64,000 bases of DNA from the NCBI GenBank assembly GCA_964418705.1, contig CAYQMV010000002.1, positions 9,743-73,742 on the forward strand, given 5' to 3'. A program made the position numbers and the translations under genes. A model generated the notes under the pieces. That model had not been told where the DNA came from, searched no databases, and saw only the letters and a program-made list of their open reading frames with translations. Source of the DNA: an uncultured Sangeribacter sp. (GTDB taxonomy: Bacteria; Bacteroidota; Bacteroidia; Bacteroidales; Muribaculaceae). This document shows, one piece after another, positions 54,314 to 62,340 of the stretch; positions within the stretch are counted from its first letter, which is position 1, and each line of letters opens with the position of its first letter.

Positions 54314-55921
54314 ATGATGAAAATGAATAAGTTGTTTAAATATTCAATGATATTGGCAGTGGCGGCGCTCAGCACCAGCTGTCTTGACGAGGCGGTCTCC
54401 ACATCGCAGGTCACTCAAAGCGAGCTTGACAGCTCCTCCCGCGGCGCCGACGCGATCTTCTGGGGTATGCCCTCCATGCTCAACTATGTGGGTTCCCTCC
54501 CCACCTCCGACAATTCCTACGACTACGGCTATGGTTCGATGATGCACATACGCGACGTCATGACCGGGGATATGCCGGTGGCTTCCAGCAACTACGAATG
54601 GTACACCGCATGGATGACCAACTCCGGCAACGGCAACTACACCGTCGCCGCCCAGCTCGTGTGGTGGTACATGAACAAGATGGTGCTCGCCACCAACAAC
54701 AGCGTGGCTTACTTCTCCAAGGATGGAGAGGATAAGGGAAGACTCGGGGCTTCGCTCGCTTTCCGCGCCGCCATGTATCTTGACCTCGCCCGTATGTATG
54801 AGTTCCTCCCCAACGATAAGGTCAGCGGAGTGAACAGCTACGGCAACGATGTCACCAACCTCACCGTGCCTATCGTCACCGAGGAGACCACCCAGGAGGA
54901 GGCTTGCAACAACCCCCGTGTCTCCCACAAGGATATGTTTGAGTTCATCCTCTCCGACTTGAACCGCGCCGAGGAGAACATCACCGGCTTCGCACGCGAC
55001 GCTAAGACAGTGCCCGACCTCGGAGTGGTCTACGGCTTGAAGGCTCGTTTGTACATGTGGGATGAGGATTACGCCAACGCCGCCGAGTACGCCCGCAAGG
55101 CTATTTCCGCCTCCGGAGCCACTCCGTTGACGCAGAGCGAATGGCTCGACACCTCCGCAGGTTTCAACACCCTCGCCACCTCCTCATGGATGTGGGGCGC
55201 CCAGCAGACCGCCGAGAGCGCTTCCGTGAAGAGCGTCTACTACAACTGGACCTCATGGAACTGCAACGAGACTCTCTTCGGATATAACTACTACGGCACA
55301 TACACGATGATCGACAAATCAATGTACGACCGTATCTCCGACACCGACTTCCGCAAACTCTCCTACATCGCCCCCGAGGGTTCCATCCTCTCCGGCGCCG
55401 AGCCTTTGGTGGATGAATCTTTCCGTGAGACTTTCGACGAGTATTTCGCTTTGAAATTCCGTCCCGGATCCGGCAACTATAAGGATTACACCATCGGTGC
55501 AGTGACCGACTATCCTTTGATGCGTGTGGAGGAGATGTATTTCATCGAAGCCGAGGCTAAGGCGCACGCCAGCGCCGCCGAGGGAAAAGCCCTTCTTGAG
55601 AGCTTCATGAAGACTTACCGCGACCCCAACTACGTATGCAACGTTTCCTCCATCGAGGATGTGGTTGAGGAGATTGTCTTCCAAAAACGTGTTGAGCTAT
55701 GGGGCGAGGGTCAAACTTTCTTCGACATCAAACGTCTGAATATGTCGGTGACCCGCGGTTACGAGGGATCCAATTTCTCCGGTAACTCCGTGATGAACAC
55801 CAACGGTCGTCCCGCATGGATGAATTTCGTGATGCTTAAGTTCGAGGGTGACAACAACTCCGCGGTGACTAAATGGAACAACCCCGACACCGACGGTTGC
55901 TACGATGTAATTGAACTATAA
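54314..55921 (+). CDS. SusD/RagB-family lipoprotein (second copy)
   Basis: Lipobox LSTSCLDE. It starts 6 nt downstream of SusC. Confidence 0.9.
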   Translation: MMKMNKLFKYSMILAVAALSTSCLDEAVSTSQVTQSELDSSSRGADAIFWGMPSMLNYVGSLPTSDNSYDYGYGSMMHIRDVMTGDMPVASSNYEWYTAWMTNSGNGNYTVAAQLVWWYMNKMVLATNNSVAYFSKDGEDKGRLGASLAFRAAMYLDLARMYEFLPNDKVSGVNSYGNDVTNLTVPIVTEETTQEEACNNPRVSHKDMFEFILSDLNRAEENITGFARDAKTVPDLGVVYGLKARLYMWDEDYANAAEYARKAISASGATPLTQSEWLDTSAGFNTLATSSWMWGAQQTAESASVKSVYYNWTSWNCNETLFGYNYYGTYTMIDKSMYDRISDTDFRKLSYIAPEGSILSGAEPLVDESFRETFDEYFALKFRPGSGNYKDYTIGAVTDYPLMRVEEMYFIEAEAKAHASAAEGKALLESFMKTYRDPNYVCNVSSIEDVVEEIVFQKRVELWGEGQTFFDIKRLNMSVTRGYEGSNFSGNSVMNTNGRPAWMNFVMLKFEGDNNSAVTKWNNPDTDGCYDVIEL

Positions 55922-55939
55922 CCCAATAATTTTGAAACT

Positions 55940-56917
55940 ATGTTTATCAAGAAACTATATATATTGGCATTGGCGGTAGCCGCTATGGGTGCGGTGTCGT
56001 GTGAGGATGAGGCTGACTACGCTCCTGCGTCGGTGCCTACCAACGACCAAGTCTATTTTCCGAATAATGTCCGTAGGGCAGTGCAGCTGGAGAAGGGTCA
56101 GACCTCTTTCTCCGTGGATGTTTACCGCATCGGGACCTCCGATGCCATCACGGTGCCCGTCACCGCCACCGGCTCGGATGCCGAAGTGTTTGTGCTCCCT
56201 TCGTCGGTGACATTCGCCGCCGGTGAAAGCAGAGCCACCATGAACGTTGGTGTGAATTTCGATAAGGTGCAATCCGGCGTGGCTTACACCCTCGACTTCA
56301 CTCTCGATTCAGGCTATACCAGCGAGTATGGCGACGCTCTGTGCAGCTATTCCGTAGAGTACTTCCGTAAGGGTGATCCTTTGCGCGACCTTGTCGCCGG
56401 ATATTATGAGGGTACCTCCGCCGGCTATGACTATTGGACAAGAGCATGGTATGCCACCGCCTTCAGCTATAACTATAATGACGGTGCCAACGAGGCCCTT
56501 CGCATACTCCCCGGTGATGGTGACGCGGATGTGTCGGTACGCAATCTCTTCCCCACTACTGAATACCTTAATGTCACCGATGTCGTGGGTGAGGTAATCA
56601 CCTCCTCCGATTATGAGGGATATTTGGGATATATCCTCCTTAAGCCCCAGGTGGTCGGCAGTTATACCACCCAAGGTGGTTTCGGCGACTTTGATGTGAC
56701 ATTCGCCGCCGCATGGGCCACAGGCAGCTACGCCACCGCCCCCACCGATGACATGGAGGTATGGATCGCCGGAACCGGTTCCGTCGCCGACGGCACTGCG
56801 GAAATCACAAGCGTGGATTTCAACGGCGCCGGTTGGGCGTTGATGTTCGGTTACGATGCATGGGGAATGTGGTACTACGCCGCTTGCGGTGGTGCCGTGG
56901 TCACCCCCGTGAAATAA
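55940..56917 (+). CDS. Lipoprotein: N-terminal Ig-like domain plus one copy of the module found in the two T9SS-tagged paralogs
   Basis: Lipobox GAVSCEDE. The module PLRDLVAGYYEG...DADVSVRNLFP...YEGYLGYILLKPQ...GW aligns with the paralog modules. Confidence 0.8.
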   Translation: MFIKKLYILALAVAAMGAVSCEDEADYAPASVPTNDQVYFPNNVRRAVQLEKGQTSFSVDVYRIGTSDAITVPVTATGSDAEVFVLPSSVTFAAGESRATMNVGVNFDKVQSGVAYTLDFTLDSGYTSEYGDALCSYSVEYFRKGDPLRDLVAGYYEGTSAGYDYWTRAWYATAFSYNYNDGANEALRILPGDGDADVSVRNLFPTTEYLNVTDVVGEVITSSDYEGYLGYILLKPQVVGSYTTQGGFGDFDVTFAAAWATGSYATAPTDDMEVWIAGTGSVADGTAEITSVDFNGAGWALMFGYDAWGMWYYAACGGAVVTPVK

Positions 56918-57013
56918 ATCGCAGTATATGAAATCTACTGTAAATTCGTGAAATAAACCGTACTGTATAATTTCACTCCGGCGGAGGGGTGTCTCTGCCC
57001 TCCGCCCAAACAT

Positions 57014-57054
57014 AAAGAAGGACGCATCAACGAGGATGCGTCCTTCTTTTATTA
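57014..57054. terminator. Bidirectional rho-independent terminator
   Basis: aaagaaggacgcatc (57014-57028) pairs with gatgcgtccttcttt (57035-57049). The hairpin is flanked by an A-run and a T-run. Confidence 0.8.
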
Positions 57055-57124
57055 TAACGTTGGTTTTGTCACAACGTTGTTTTAAAGTATGTTTTGTTGC
57101 CGTATGTTTGTCGGATGAATATGC

Positions 57125-58816
57125 CTACATCATGCAAAGCACAAGCACTTGCGCGGTGATCACACGCATGAACATCGACAGCGGATAAACGGTGGAGTAT
57201 GCCACCGCCGGAGCGTCGTTGTTCGCCACCTTGTTGCCATAGGCGAGTGCCGGTGGGTCGGTGTAAGCTCCCGACATAAGTCCGAGGATATATAGATAAT
57301 TCACTTTGAATTTCCATCGCGCCACGATGCCGATCACCATCAAAGGTATGGTGGTGATGATGAAACCGTAGAGCACCCACATGGCTCCGTTCACGTTGAA
57401 CACCGTCTCCACGAAGTTGGTTCCGGCGCTCAATCCCACCGACGCGAGGAAGAGGCAGATGCCTATTTCGCGGAGCAATAGGTTGGCGGAGGTGTTGGTG
57501 TAGGTGATGAGGTGGAATTTATGTCCGTAAGCACTGATTAGGATAGCCACCACGAGTGGACCGCCAGCCAAACCGAGCTTCATGGGCACCGACATTCCGG
57601 GGAACTGCAAGGGTATGCTACCCACGAGGATTCCGAGGAAGATTCCGATGAACATTGTGATGAGATTAGGCTCGTTGAGACGTTTCAAAGAGTTGCCGAG
57701 TTTGTCGGCGAGGCGGTCTATATCCTCCAATTTGCCCACCACGGTGATGCGGTCGCCGAGTTGGAGACGGAGGTTGGGCGACGCGAGGAGATCCACGCCG
57801 GCGCGGTTCACGCGTGTGGCGTTGAGGGTATATCCGCGGCGTAGACGTAGGGAACCCAATTGCACGCCGTTGTATTCTGTTTTCGTAACCACGATGCGGC
57901 GCGACACCACGGGACCGCGGTCCTCCGCCCATTCCTTTTCAATCTTGGGCCCGATGAAGCGCGTGAAGACCTCCTCGTCCTGCACGGAGCATACCAAGAG
58001 GAGCACATCGTCGATCTCGATGGTTGTCTCGGAGGTGGGGATCACCACGTGTCCGTTAGGTTTCTCCAGGCGCGAGACCACGAAGTTGCAGCTGATCACA
58101 GTGTGGAGCTTCGCAAGGGAGAGCCCGGAGATCAGTTCGTTGGTGACGCGCATGGTCACGATGTGGGGCACGAGCTGCGAGCTGTGTTGGTCCTCCTCCA
58201 CAGCTTTGATTTCATCGTCGATGTTGATTCTGAAAATCTTCTTGATCAGAATCATTGTGGCGATGATGCCGATCACACCGAGAGGATAAGCGGCGGCGTA
58301 TCCCATAGACATCTCTTGAGACGCCTCGTAAGCTTCGGGATGCACTTGCAGAATGCTTTGTTGGGCCGCTCCAAGACCCGGAGTGTTGGTGACGGCGCCA
58401 CTGAGCACGCCCACCATCTGGGTGAAGGTGGTGGAACCCTCTGCCCCTCCTTGGATAAAATAGATACTCACAGTCACCGCCACATTGAGCAGGATGCCGA
58501 TCACTGCCAACAGGTTCAACTGCATGCCACCCTCCTTAAATGATGAAAAGAATCCGGGACCCACCTGCATACCGATGGAGAAAATGAAAAGAATCAGACC
58601 GAACTCACGGAGAAAATGGAGCGTGTTGTCCTCGACGATGTAGCCTAAGTGGCCCATGAGGATGCCCACGAAGAGCACGAATGTCACGCCTAATGAAACC
58701 CCGAAGATTTTGATTTTACCTAAATATATTCCCGCAAAAATCACAAAGGAATACAACAGAATGGAACTTGCCAATGATGTGTTTTCGGGGCTCAATAGGC
58801 TAATTAACCAGTCCAT
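57125..58816 (-). CDS. YidE/YbjL-type putative transporter (duplicated Asp-Al_Ex membrane domains flanking two TrkA_C/RCK_C domains)
   Basis: 563 aa. The hydrophobic N- and C-terminal halves are separated by a soluble segment of about 170 aa with VGKLEDI-type RCK_C motifs. Confidence 0.8.
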   Translation of the reverse strand: MDWLISLLSPENTSLASSILLYSFVIFAGIYLGKIKIFGVSLGVTFVLFVGILMGHLGYIVEDNTLHFLREFGLILFIFSIGMQVGPGFFSSFKEGGMQLNLLAVIGILLNVAVTVSIYFIQGGAEGSTTFTQMVGVLSGAVTNTPGLGAAQQSILQVHPEAYEASQEMSMGYAAAYPLGVIGIIATMILIKKIFRINIDDEIKAVEEDQHSSQLVPHIVTMRVTNELISGLSLAKLHTVISCNFVVSRLEKPNGHVVIPTSETTIEIDDVLLLVCSVQDEEVFTRFIGPKIEKEWAEDRGPVVSRRIVVTKTEYNGVQLGSLRLRRGYTLNATRVNRAGVDLLASPNLRLQLGDRITVVGKLEDIDRLADKLGNSLKRLNEPNLITMFIGIFLGILVGSIPLQFPGMSVPMKLGLAGGPLVVAILISAYGHKFHLITYTNTSANLLLREIGICLFLASVGLSAGTNFVETVFNVNGAMWVLYGFIITTIPLMVIGIVARWKFKVNYLYILGLMSGAYTDPPALAYGNKVANNDAPAVAYSTVYPLSMFMRVITAQVLVLCMM

Positions 58817-58844
58817 ATTAATAGTTTGATATAAAATTTGGGCG

Positions 58845-58852
58845 CAAAGTTA
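58845..58852 (-). promoter_or_regulatory. Candidate -7 box TAACTTTG (minus strand) for the transporter gene
   Basis: Reverse complement of caaagtta, 29 nt upstream of the ATG at 58816. Confidence 0.5.
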
Positions 58853-58950
58853 CTAATAATTTGCGAGATACTCTATATGCCCCAAAAACGCCATATAAAA
58901 TTTTCTTGATTTTTTTGTGGATAAATGAGCTATTTATTAACAAAAATAAT

Positions 58951-58958
58951 TAATTTTG
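58951..58958 (+). promoter_or_regulatory. Candidate -7 box TAATTTTG for the phosphohexomutase gene
   Basis: Exact TAnnTTTG match, leaving a leader of about 105 nt before the ATG at 59069. Confidence 0.45.
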
Positions 58959-59068
58959 TGGCTAAATATCCATGTGCCGCTCCCATGGTGGGGAAAGTCT
59001 CTTCAGGGAGCGGACTACGAGTGGAAAAGATAAGTGTTACACCCTAAGGTAAAAAAGAATATCTAATT

Positions 59069-60817
59069 ATGAATAACGACGAATTAGTGAGAATGGTGGA
59101 GGCGAAAGCCCGGCAATGGTTGTCGCCCTCATACGATGAAGCCACGCGCGCGGAGGTTAAAGCGATGCTTGAGGACTCCGACAAGACAAACCTTATCGAA
59201 TCATTTTATAAGGATTTGGAGTTCGGCACCGGCGGCTTGCGCGGCATTATGGGCGCCGGATCGAACCGTATGAACATCTACACAGTGGGAGCCGCCACAC
59301 AAGGACTCGCCAACTATCTCAATGAGACGTTTAAAGGACAGAAAGTAAGCGTGGTGGTGGGTCACGACGTGCGCAACAACTCCCGCAAGTTCGCAGAGCT
59401 CGCCGCCGACATCTTCTCCGCCAACGGCATCAAAGTATATCTTTTCGACAGCTGCCGTCCCACTCCCGAAATCAGCTATGCCATCCGCAAACTCGGATGC
59501 CAAAGCGGCGTGGTGGTGACCGCGAGCCATAACCCCAAGGAATACAACGGCTACAAAGCTTATTGGAGCGACGGCGCCCAGATGATCGCCCCCCACGATG
59601 TGAAGACCATCGAGTATGTGAACGCCATTACTTCCGTCGACCAAATCAAATTCGCACCCAACCGCGACCTTATCCAAATCATCGGTAAGGACGTGGATGA
59701 TATATATCTTGAGCAAATCAAGACCCTCTCCTTGAGTCCCGACGCCATAGCGCGCCATAAGGACATGAAGATTGTCTATACCCCCATCCATGGCACCGGT
59801 TCGATGCTTATCTACGATTCCTTGGCTCGCTGGGGATTCGAGAACGTGATCCACGTGCCCGAGCAGGATGTGCAGAGCGGCGATTTCCCCACAGTGGCGT
59901 CTCCCAACCCGGAGAACCCCGAGGCTATGGCAATGGCTATCGCCAAAGCTAAGGAGACCGGGGCTTCAGTGGTGCTCGCATCCGACCCCGACGCCGACCG
60001 CATCGGTCTGGTGGTGCGCGACAAGTCCGGCAACTACCAGCTCGTGAACGGCAACCAAATAGTGATGATTTTCCTTTACTATCTCATCACACGCAATGTG
60101 GAACTCGGTATCCTCAAAGGGGATGAGTACTGTGTGAAGACAATCGTCACCACGGAGACCATCAAGCGTATCGCCGACGCTAACAATATCAAATGCTACG
60201 ACTGCTTCACCGGCTTCAAATGGATCGCCAACGTGATGCGCGAGAACGAGGGTAAAGCCCGCTATCTCGGCGGCGGCGAGGAGAGCTATGGATTCTTGGC
60301 TGAGGATTTCTGCCGCGACAAAGATTCCGTCTCCGCCATCTCCTTGATGTGCGAAATCGCCGCATGGGCGGCCGACAAGGGTATGAACCTCTACGAACTC
60401 CTTCTCGACATCTACGCCGAATACGGATTCTCCCGTGAGCGCGGAGTGAGCGTGGTGCGTCCCGGAAAGAGCGGCGCCGAGGAGATCGTGGCTATGATGA
60501 AGAACTTCCGTGAGAACGCTCCCAAGACTCTGGGCGGCAGCGAAGTGGTGGCGGTGAAAGACTACAGCGACCTCACTTGCCGTTGCTTCAAGACCGGGGC
60601 TGTGGAGAAACTCGACTTCCCCACCACATCCAATGTGCTCCAGTTCTTCACCGCCGGTGGCGATAAAGTGTCAATCCGTCCTTCCGGCACCGAACCTAAG
60701 ATTAAATTCTACGTTGAGGTGCGTGAGGATATGAAGAATAAAGATGACTATGAGAAGATTGTGGCTCAAGCGGAGACACACATCGACCATATTCTCAAAG
60801 ATTTAAATGTGATGTAA
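59069..60817 (+). CDS. Phosphoglucomutase/phosphomannomutase-family phospho-sugar mutase
   Basis: Catalytic phosphoserine loop VTASHNPKEYNGYK. Mg loop LASDPDADR. Sugar loop GGGEESYG. Confidence 0.9.
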   Translation: MNNDELVRMVEAKARQWLSPSYDEATRAEVKAMLEDSDKTNLIESFYKDLEFGTGGLRGIMGAGSNRMNIYTVGAATQGLANYLNETFKGQKVSVVVGHDVRNNSRKFAELAADIFSANGIKVYLFDSCRPTPEISYAIRKLGCQSGVVVTASHNPKEYNGYKAYWSDGAQMIAPHDVKTIEYVNAITSVDQIKFAPNRDLIQIIGKDVDDIYLEQIKTLSLSPDAIARHKDMKIVYTPIHGTGSMLIYDSLARWGFENVIHVPEQDVQSGDFPTVASPNPENPEAMAMAIAKAKETGASVVLASDPDADRIGLVVRDKSGNYQLVNGNQIVMIFLYYLITRNVELGILKGDEYCVKTIVTTETIKRIADANNIKCYDCFTGFKWIANVMRENEGKARYLGGGEESYGFLAEDFCRDKDSVSAISLMCEIAAWAADKGMNLYELLLDIYAEYGFSRERGVSVVRPGKSGAEEIVAMMKNFRENAPKTLGGSEVVAVKDYSDLTCRCFKTGAVEKLDFPTTSNVLQFFTAGGDKVSIRPSGTEPKIKFYVEVREDMKNKDDYEKIVAQAETHIDHILKDLNVM

Positions 60818-60846
60818 ATGTCGCATTATTTTCATGGTATTAATCG

Positions 60847-60880
60847 CAAGGTGGAGGTAGGGATACCTCCACCTTGTTTA
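60847..60880 (+). terminator. Rho-independent terminator
   Basis: caaggtggaggta pairs with tacctccaccttg (60847-60876). It is followed by ttta. Confidence 0.65.
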
Positions 60881-60976
60881 AAACCATTATTTTTAACCAG
60901 TTAATATTAACTTGCTAATATTAAAACCATTAATATCCAAAACTATTAGTGATTAAAACGAAGGATACTGCTTGAA

Positions 60977-61735
60977 ATGTTTGGCTTTTTAAGGAGAAAT
61001 AATAGAAGAGAAGAGGGCGCGTCCCGAAAATTGTTTTATCACACGGATATCCACTCCCATGTGTGTCCTGGCATCGACGACGGGTCCGGCAGCGTGGAGG
61101 AGTCGGTGGCGTTGGTGAAGGGTATGAAGGATTTGGGAATCACCCGCATGATCATCACCCCCCATATCGCCGACGAAGTTTTCCCCAACGACCCCGCGAG
61201 CATCGCCGGAGCGTTGGCGGAACTTAAGGAGGCGTTGGCGCGTGAGAATGTGGATATGGAGGTGTCGGCGGCGGCGGAACACCGCATGGACGAGAACTTC
61301 AACACCATCGTCACTAAGGGGGAGGTCTGCCTCATGCCCCACAGTTACATATTGGTGGAGAACCCATGGATTCAGGAACCCTTCGGACTCCCATCGGTAT
61401 TGCGCCGTCTTGAATATAAATATGGCTATAAGCCCATCCTCGCCCATCCGGAGCGCTATCCCTATTATTTGGCGGATCCGGAGGTCTACCAAAGTCTATT
61501 TGAGGAGGGGGTGAGGTTTCAGGTGAACCTTTTGTCGTTGGCGGGATACTACGGCAAAAAGGTGAAGCATACGGCGGAGACGCTTCTGCGCGAACATAAA
61601 GTCTCGTTCCTCGGAAGCGACGTACATAATATAGGTCATGTGCAGTGCATCGCCGATTATGTGAACTCAAAAGACTACGATCTACTTCAGGAACACTCTT
61701 CCGACATACTCAACGATGAGGTGTTTGGAGGCTAA
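60977..61735 (+). CDS. PHP-family (CpsB/YwqE-like) Mn-dependent protein-tyrosine phosphatase
   Basis: Contains DIHSHVCPGIDDGSGSVEES, TPHI and AHPERY motifs. Confidence 0.8.
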   Translation: MFGFLRRNNRREEGASRKLFYHTDIHSHVCPGIDDGSGSVEESVALVKGMKDLGITRMIITPHIADEVFPNDPASIAGALAELKEALARENVDMEVSAAAEHRMDENFNTIVTKGEVCLMPHSYILVENPWIQEPFGLPSVLRRLEYKYGYKPILAHPERYPYYLADPEVYQSLFEEGVRFQVNLLSLAGYYGKKVKHTAETLLREHKVSFLGSDVHNIGHVQCIADYVNSKDYDLLQEHSSDILNDEVFGG

Positions 61736-61745
61736 AAGGATAAAA

Positions 61746-62261
61746 ATGGAGATGACCCCGGAATTGAAATACGCCTCTCTGATAGGCACGGCACGCAACT
61801 ACTGCGTGAGCTTGGAGAACGCCGCCGAAGCGGAAAAGGATGAGTTTGTGGCGGAACTTGTGTCGGCGCTACCGCGTTTGTACCTCGGATTCCTTGAATT
61901 TGAGGGGAACACCGTCGCCGAAGAATCTTACGACTACGCGCCCCGCTATGTGGATGAGGATTACTATGAGAGTATCCGCCGCAATGTGGAGACTCTCTTA
62001 GGTCCCGACGACACATACTTGGAGACTTTCGAGGAGGATATGAAATATTCCGACACTCCGGTGGCGGCATCCGTCGCCGAGGGCCTCGCCGACATATTCC
62101 AGGATGTCTACAATTGCGTGTGGGATATCAAGGAATCGGAGGGATTGCGCACCATGCAGGCCCTTCAGGCGTGCAAGGAGGCGTTTGACGAATATTGGTC
62201 GCAGAGATTGTGCAACGTCATGCGCGCTCTCAACCATCTCCGTCTGCAACATGAAAGATAA
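61746..62261 (+). CDS. Conserved hypothetical acidic protein (possibly DUF5063-like)
   Basis: The ORF starts 10 nt after the phosphatase stop, with ATG at 61746 (MEMTPEL). The family call is from recollection only. Confidence 0.5.
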   Translation: MEMTPELKYASLIGTARNYCVSLENAAEAEKDEFVAELVSALPRLYLGFLEFEGNTVAEESYDYAPRYVDEDYYESIRRNVETLLGPDDTYLETFEEDMKYSDTPVAASVAEGLADIFQDVYNCVWDIKESEGLRTMQALQACKEAFDEYWSQRLCNVMRALNHLRLQHER

Positions 62262-62286
62262 TCCTTCCGCGACGGCGGAATGGAAT

Positions 62287-62335
62287 TACTTGTAAAATAA
62301 ATACTTGTGAAATAAAATATACTTGTAAAATTAAA
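62287..62335 (+). repeat. Three direct repeats TACTTGT(A/G)AAAT(A/T)AAA
   Basis: Copies start at 62287, 62302 and 62320. The array ends 5 nt before the aminopeptidase ATG. Confidence 0.8.
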
Positions 62336-62340
62336 ATACA

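Noticed and set aside
56980-57006. GC-rich hairpin ggcggaggg/ccctccgcc after the lipoprotein gene, considered as the operon terminator
   Set aside because: It has no T-run on either strand. The adjacent hairpin at 57014-57049, with flanking A and T runs, is the better terminator. It may be an accessory stabilising stem.
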